From Candidatus Bathyarchaeota archaeon (lineage in GTDB: Archaea > Thermoproteota > Bathyarchaeia > Bathyarchaeales > Bathycorpusculaceae): DNA of 64,000 nucleotides. Below are positions 59,591 through 64,000 of this stretch, piece by piece. A program made the position numbers and the translations under genes. The notes under the pieces are model-generated. The model saw only the letters and a list, made by a program, of their open reading frames with translations, did not search any database and was not told the origin of the DNA. The stretch is taken from NCBI GenBank assembly GCA_963775465.1, contig CAVZIW010000013.1, positions 123,169 to 187,168 of the forward strand, given 5' to 3'. How positions within the stretch are numbered: position 1 is the stretch's first letter; each line of letters begins with the position of its first letter.

Positions 59591-60508
59591 TTGATTACAG
59601 CTTTGGCAGGTGGAGTCGGTGCAGCAAGGTTTCTTTCTGGTTTAATCAAGATTGTAAATCAAGAAGAGGTAACAATTGTTGCAAACACCGGTGATGACAT
59701 TGAACTGTTTGGTTTGCACATCTCACCAGACATTGATATCGTTACTTACACTTTGGCTGGTATAGTAGATGAAGAGAAAGGTTGGGGAGTTAGGGGAGAC
59801 ACTTTTAATTGTCTTGAAATGTTCAAAACCTTAGGATTTAAACCATGGTTTATGCTGGGAGATCAGGATTTAGCAACCCACATTTTCCGGACTAACCGGA
59901 TAAAACAAGGCGTTTCGCTGACTCAAATTACTGCTGAAATCTGCACAGCCTTGGACCTTAAAGTAAGGATTCTGCCGATGACCAACGATAAATTTGAGAC
60001 AAAAATTAAAACAAAAGAAGGCTTTATGCATTTTGAAGAGTACTTTGTTAAAAAGCAATGTAAGGATGAAGTTCTAGATGTAGAATTCGACGGGGCTACT
60101 ACTGCAAAGCCTTCTCCGGAAGTATTGGAGTCAATTTTGGATGCAGACACCGTTATCGTTTGTCCAAGTAATCCCATAGTTAGCATCGGAACTATTCTTT
60201 CTATTAATGGCGTAAGAGACGCTTTGAGACAAACTGAGGCAAATGTAGTTGCCATTAGTCCAATTGTGGCTCACGCTACAATTAAGGGACCCGCAGATAA
60301 AATGATGCGGGGGTTAGGAATTGAAGTTTCTGCATATGGAGTTGCAGGGCTTTACGCTGATTTTCTGGACATGATAGTTATTGATCAAAAGGATGCTTTG
60401 GAAAAAAGTAGGATAGAAAAAATCGGCGTAAAAGTAAAAGTGACAAACACCGTTATGAAAAGTTTAGACGACAAAATCTCTTTAGCAAAAATTGCTCTGG
60501 AACAATGA
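59591..60508 (+). CDS. cofD: 2-phospho-L-lactate transferase (F420 biosynthesis)
   Basis: LAGGVGAARF, NTGDD, PD.D...YTLAG, WF.LGD.D.ATH, PSNP.VSI, GPADKMM. Confidence 0.95.
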   Translation: MITALAGGVGAARFLSGLIKIVNQEEVTIVANTGDDIELFGLHISPDIDIVTYTLAGIVDEEKGWGVRGDTFNCLEMFKTLGFKPWFMLGDQDLATHIFRTNRIKQGVSLTQITAEICTALDLKVRILPMTNDKFETKIKTKEGFMHFEEYFVKKQCKDEVLDVEFDGATTAKPSPEVLESILDADTVIVCPSNPIVSIGTILSINGVRDALRQTEANVVAISPIVAHATIKGPADKMMRGLGIEVSAYGVAGLYADFLDMIVIDQKDALEKSRIEKIGVKVKVTNTVMKSLDDKISLAKIALEQ

Positions 60509-60776
60509 TGACCTTGCTGATAGAATAAAGTGTTCTCTATAGTTTATGTGGGTTATTCTAAATAGGACAATGAGGTAATAAACGTGAATTGAAGACAGAG
60601 ATTAGCTGAATGCCGAGTTATTGGATTGGTTTTCAGTAATAGGCATTTGTTTAGCTTTAACGGTAAATAGAATTGAATATTTGAAGGAACATAAAAGTTG
60701 CAGAATCCTCGGCATTATCGGAGTATTAAGAGAAGGGTTATATTTGCAAGGTAAGATTATTTGATTATTAACGAAG

Positions 60777-61454
60777 TTGGTGTTGATGGAGAAAAAAAGC
60801 TACGATTGGTTTGAACAGCGCCGCAAAACCAGAGGCCTAGAACTTGCCCATGAACAAATAACTAAAGCGTTTGATACGGTAACCTGGCTGCATAAAGCAA
60901 CCAAAAGTTTTTCCGAGAAAAATTTTAAAGAATCCCAGAAGTACATAGATAACCTATACAAAGCTGAAGAAGAAGTCGACACTCTCCGCACAGACGTATT
61001 TATGGAACTCTCCAAGGGAGCAGCACTTGTCGCTGATTATCGGGAAGATCTGTTACATCTGGTAAAAAGACTAGACACCTTGGCAGATCATACAAAAGAC
61101 GCAGCAAGATGCCTAGAAATGCTTTCTCAAGCAGACATTCCACTGGAACTATCTGAGAAAACAGTTTTTATGACATCTAAACTTGTTGAGACAGCTCAAA
61201 CCCTTAGAGGTAGCATCGAGAAAATCTCTTCCAACCCTAACGAAGCAATAAAAGAAGCGAAAAAAGTCGGCGAAATCGAGCATGCAATCGATATTGAATA
61301 CTTGAAATCTAAAGGGCTATTCGTGAAGTATGGTGCAAACATGAATTGCGGGGCAATGGTAATTTTTGACGACTTAATTGAGTTCATAGAACAAGCTGCT
61401 GACATGTGTGCGGATACTGCGGACTATATCTTAGTTCTTTCAAGCAGAGAATAG
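60777..61454 (+). CDS. DUF47/PhoU-like phosphate transport regulator
   Basis: E.E.D.LR, RED...L...LD..AD, E..AD...D.AD. Confidence 0.82.
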   Translation: MVLMEKKSYDWFEQRRKTRGLELAHEQITKAFDTVTWLHKATKSFSEKNFKESQKYIDNLYKAEEEVDTLRTDVFMELSKGAALVADYREDLLHLVKRLDTLADHTKDAARCLEMLSQADIPLELSEKTVFMTSKLVETAQTLRGSIEKISSNPNEAIKEAKKVGEIEHAIDIEYLKSKGLFVKYGANMNCGAMVIFDDLIEFIEQAADMCADTADYILVLSSRE

Positions 61455-61755
61455 GGCAAATTTCTTCCTTTTCCTTTTTACAATTAAATTTTAGGATAAT
61501 TAGTTTTAACCTTGTTGAATCATTTTTAATTAATTTTGATACATTTCTTGAACTCTAAAAGATTGGGCAGGCTATGCGCGATGTAATGCTTGGTTTTTAT
61601 AAGTGAAAGCTATCCTCCCGTCGCCAGCCAAAGTATTTTTAAAAATCGCATAGACGAATCGTTATTTCTCTCTAATTTTTGGGATTAAAGATCAAATGCG
61701 GAAAATCTCGATAATTTAATATGGCCATTGGCACGTGATTGTTGTAAGGATAACA

Positions 61756-64000
61756 ATGCAAAAACGATGTTGGGTACAAATTGTACTCATTTTGCTTGTT
61801 CTCACACAATCATACTTCACTTCTCAGGCTTCCGCTATCGGCGATTGGTCAAATTTTCGGTATGACTCAAACCACAGTGGTTATATATCAGGTTCAGGAT
61901 TGGCGAATTCAGCGTTGCCTTTGTGGAATTTTACAACAGGAGCAGCGATAGTTTCTTCTCCTGCAATAGTTGATGGCGAAGTTTTTGTCGGTTCTAAAGA
62001 TTCCAGTGTGTATTGTTTAAACGCGTCTTCGGGGCAACTTGTGTGGAGTTTTAAAACTGGTGCGGGAGTGGAATCTTCGCCTGCAGTCTCTGATTGGGGT
62101 GTGTATGTGGGCTCAAATGACGGTTGGCTTTACTGTCTAAACAAGACTAATGGGATGCCAGTTTGGGTTTCGGTGGTTGGTGGAGTGGTTGTGTCTTCAC
62201 CTTTAGTTGTGGATAATTATGTGTTTATTGGTTCGGGTAGGCAGGGATTGTTTTGTTTTGACGCTTCAGATGGTAGTTTATTTTGGAAATTTCCGACGGC
62301 TTATCGTGTGGATTCGTCGCCTGCAATTGCAAATGGAGTATTATATGTGGCAGCAGATGATTTTTTTGTTTATGCCCTTAATGCTTCAACGGGAACCCAA
62401 ATCTGGAAGGAACATACTGGCAGTGTTTCCTCCTCGCCCAGTTTGGTTGATGGTTGTTTGTACATTGGTTCAAACGATGGATATGTTTGCGCTTTGAATT
62501 CTTCGAACGGTGAAAAGCTTTGGAGTTATCAAACTCAAGGATGTGTTGTTTCTTCTCCTGCAGTTGCTTATGGATGTGTCTTTGTTGGGTCAGAGGATAA
62601 CAATGTATACTGTTTGAATGCGTCTAGTGGTGCTAAAATTTGGCAGAGTTCAACTGGTTACTGGGTTGATTCTTCGCCTGTAGTTTTCAGCGGTAACATC
62701 TATGTTGGTTCGGAAGACTACAGAATTTATTGCTTTAACGCTTCAACGGGGAAGAGGCAGTGGAGTTGGACAACTGGTGACTTTGTGGATTCTTCACCTT
62801 CAATTGTCAACGGAGTTCTTTACTTTGGTTCCTGTGATTGCCGAATCTATGCTTTTGAGTTGAATGATTCTGGCAATGAAAACATGCTAATTGAGACCCG
62901 CGTTTCATTGTCTTGGACAACAATGGTGTTCGATGTTTTTGCAGGTATTGTTTTTTTTGCTGTCTTTTTTGTTGGATTGCGTTTTGTTTACTCTCACAGA
63001 CAAACAATACAAGACACCCAAATACAGAATCAAAGAGGAAAATGGTTTCTAACTCATAGCGATGCGATCTTCATTCTGATAATTCTGGGTTTTTCAACAG
63101 TTTTTTTCGTAAACCTTGCTAATGGACCGCTTTGGATTGCTGATGAACAAACATATTCTCAATGGGCTTACCATATGGTGAAAAGTGGGGATTTCGTAAC
63201 ACCTTACGCTTTTGGCGATCTTGCCGTTTGGATTGGTAAGCCGCCTCTTTACATGTGGTTTATTTCTTTGGGTTACCAAGTTTTTGGCGTTAGTAACTTT
63301 GTTACGCGACTTTGGAGTCCCATTTTTGCTGTTTTAACTATGGTTTCAACGTATTTTTTGGGCAGGCAACTCCATAATCGGTATGTTGGGTTTGGTTCTG
63401 CGATGGTTTTGGGCACATTTACGACTTTTTACTTGTTTTCTAGGCACGCGATGACAGACGTTCCTTTTGTTTTCTTTGTTGTGGCAAGTATCTATTTTTT
63501 TGTTTCAAGCGAAAACCAGAATAAAACTAATGGGCGAATAGCTTTGAGCGGTTTGTTTTTTGGGTTAGCGTTGCTGACTAAGCAGGTGGAAGCTTTGCTG
63601 ATTCCACTGATAATTCTAACATACGTTGCTATTTCGCAGAAGAATCTCAGGCTTCTATTCTCTAAGCGATTTACTTTGTTTTGGGGAATTGGAATTTCTG
63701 TTCTTTTGCCTTGGCTTATCTATATGTTTGTTAGTTTTGGCTCAGTTTTTTGGGATTGGTTCGTGGTCTATTGTGGATTTATGCGAACGTTAAGTCCACT
63801 TGAAGGTCACACAGGTGGTTATCTGTTCTATTTCAACTATTTATTTCAAAATGAGAGGTTATGGGCGGTTTTATTGCCGTTTGCCACTGGGCTATGCGCA
63901 TACAAATTAGCGTTTAACCGTTCCAAACCGGATGTGCTGCTTCTCTCGTGGATGGGGATAGTGTTTTTGGTGTTTACTTTGGCTCAAACAAAGCTGTCAT
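61756..64000 (+). CDS. PQQ-like beta-propeller fused to ArnT/PMT-type (GT-C) glycosyltransferase, truncated at window end
   Basis: Not in ORF track (no stop before end). Signal peptide, W..FR.D..HSG, 8 SSP/GS.D/W repeats, TM, then DE..Y...A..MV.SGD..TP, KPPL..W, TRL.S. Confidence 0.88.
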   Translation, partial: MQKRCWVQIVLILLVLTQSYFTSQASAIGDWSNFRYDSNHSGYISGSGLANSALPLWNFTTGAAIVSSPAIVDGEVFVGSKDSSVYCLNASSGQLVWSFKTGAGVESSPAVSDWGVYVGSNDGWLYCLNKTNGMPVWVSVVGGVVVSSPLVVDNYVFIGSGRQGLFCFDASDGSLFWKFPTAYRVDSSPAIANGVLYVAADDFFVYALNASTGTQIWKEHTGSVSSSPSLVDGCLYIGSNDGYVCALNSSNGEKLWSYQTQGCVVSSPAVAYGCVFVGSEDNNVYCLNASSGAKIWQSSTGYWVDSSPVVFSGNIYVGSEDYRIYCFNASTGKRQWSWTTGDFVDSSPSIVNGVLYFGSCDCRIYAFELNDSGNENMLIETRVSLSWTTMVFDVFAGIVFFAVFFVGLRFVYSHRQTIQDTQIQNQRGKWFLTHSDAIFILIILGFSTVFFVNLANGPLWIADEQTYSQWAYHMVKSGDFVTPYAFGDLAVWIGKPPLYMWFISLGYQVFGVSNFVTRLWSPIFAVLTMVSTYFLGRQLHNRYVGFGSAMVLGTFTTFYLFSRHAMTDVPFVFFVVASIYFFVSSENQNKTNGRIALSGLFFGLALLTKQVEALLIPLIILTYVAISQKNLRLLFSKRFTLFWGIGISVLLPWLIYMFVSFGSVFWDWFVVYCGFMRTLSPLEGHTGGYLFYFNYLFQNERLWAVLLPFATGLCAYKLAFNRSKPDVLLLSWMGIVFLVFTLAQTKLS
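61921..62856 (+). repeat. Eight ~120-nt (40-aa) degenerate propeller repeats
   Basis: Trp codons recur at 61924, 62044, 62164, 62284, 62404, 62521, 62641 and 62761. Confidence 0.85.

Noticed and set aside
60505-60520. ATGATGA...CTGA resembling C/D boxes
   Set aside because: Only a 5-nt spacer and no second box pair; overlaps cofD stop codons.
62207-63279. Three short ORFs listed near the window end
   Set aside because: Out-of-frame or antisense shadows of the long propeller-GT gene.
1-64000. tRNA, rRNA, CRISPR array, transposase or integrase
   Set aside because: No cloverleaf/T-loop, repeat-spacer periodicity or mobile-element motifs were seen by eye; short sRNAs cannot be excluded.

Overview
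Archaeal chromosomal window, most likely Bathyarchaeia (TACK). This is inferred from eukaryote-like r-proteins eS25/eS26, a histone plus two Alba genes, TFB, a thermosome, tetraether synthase, CofD, an H4MPT-linked dehydrogenase and a DAP-type lysine operon. It is mostly housekeeping DNA, plus an ~11 kb surface-glycan modification locus (25.2-36.3 kb). I could not support any tRNA, rRNA, CRISPR array or mobile element. Four genes are missing from the ORF track: a partial M42 peptidase (1-95), rpl40e, a frameshifted rps26e, and a PQQ-propeller/ArnT fusion that runs off the end. The best candidate for an undescribed system is a four-gene sulfur/Fe-S cassette at 21.8-25.0 kb. It has an IscS-like protein that lost most PLP/substrate residues but kept its loop Cys, an IscU, a SufS with no canonical start codon (ATA start or -1 slip at an A8 run), and a small Cys-containing protein. 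Family assignments come from motif recognition by eye; no database searches were run.
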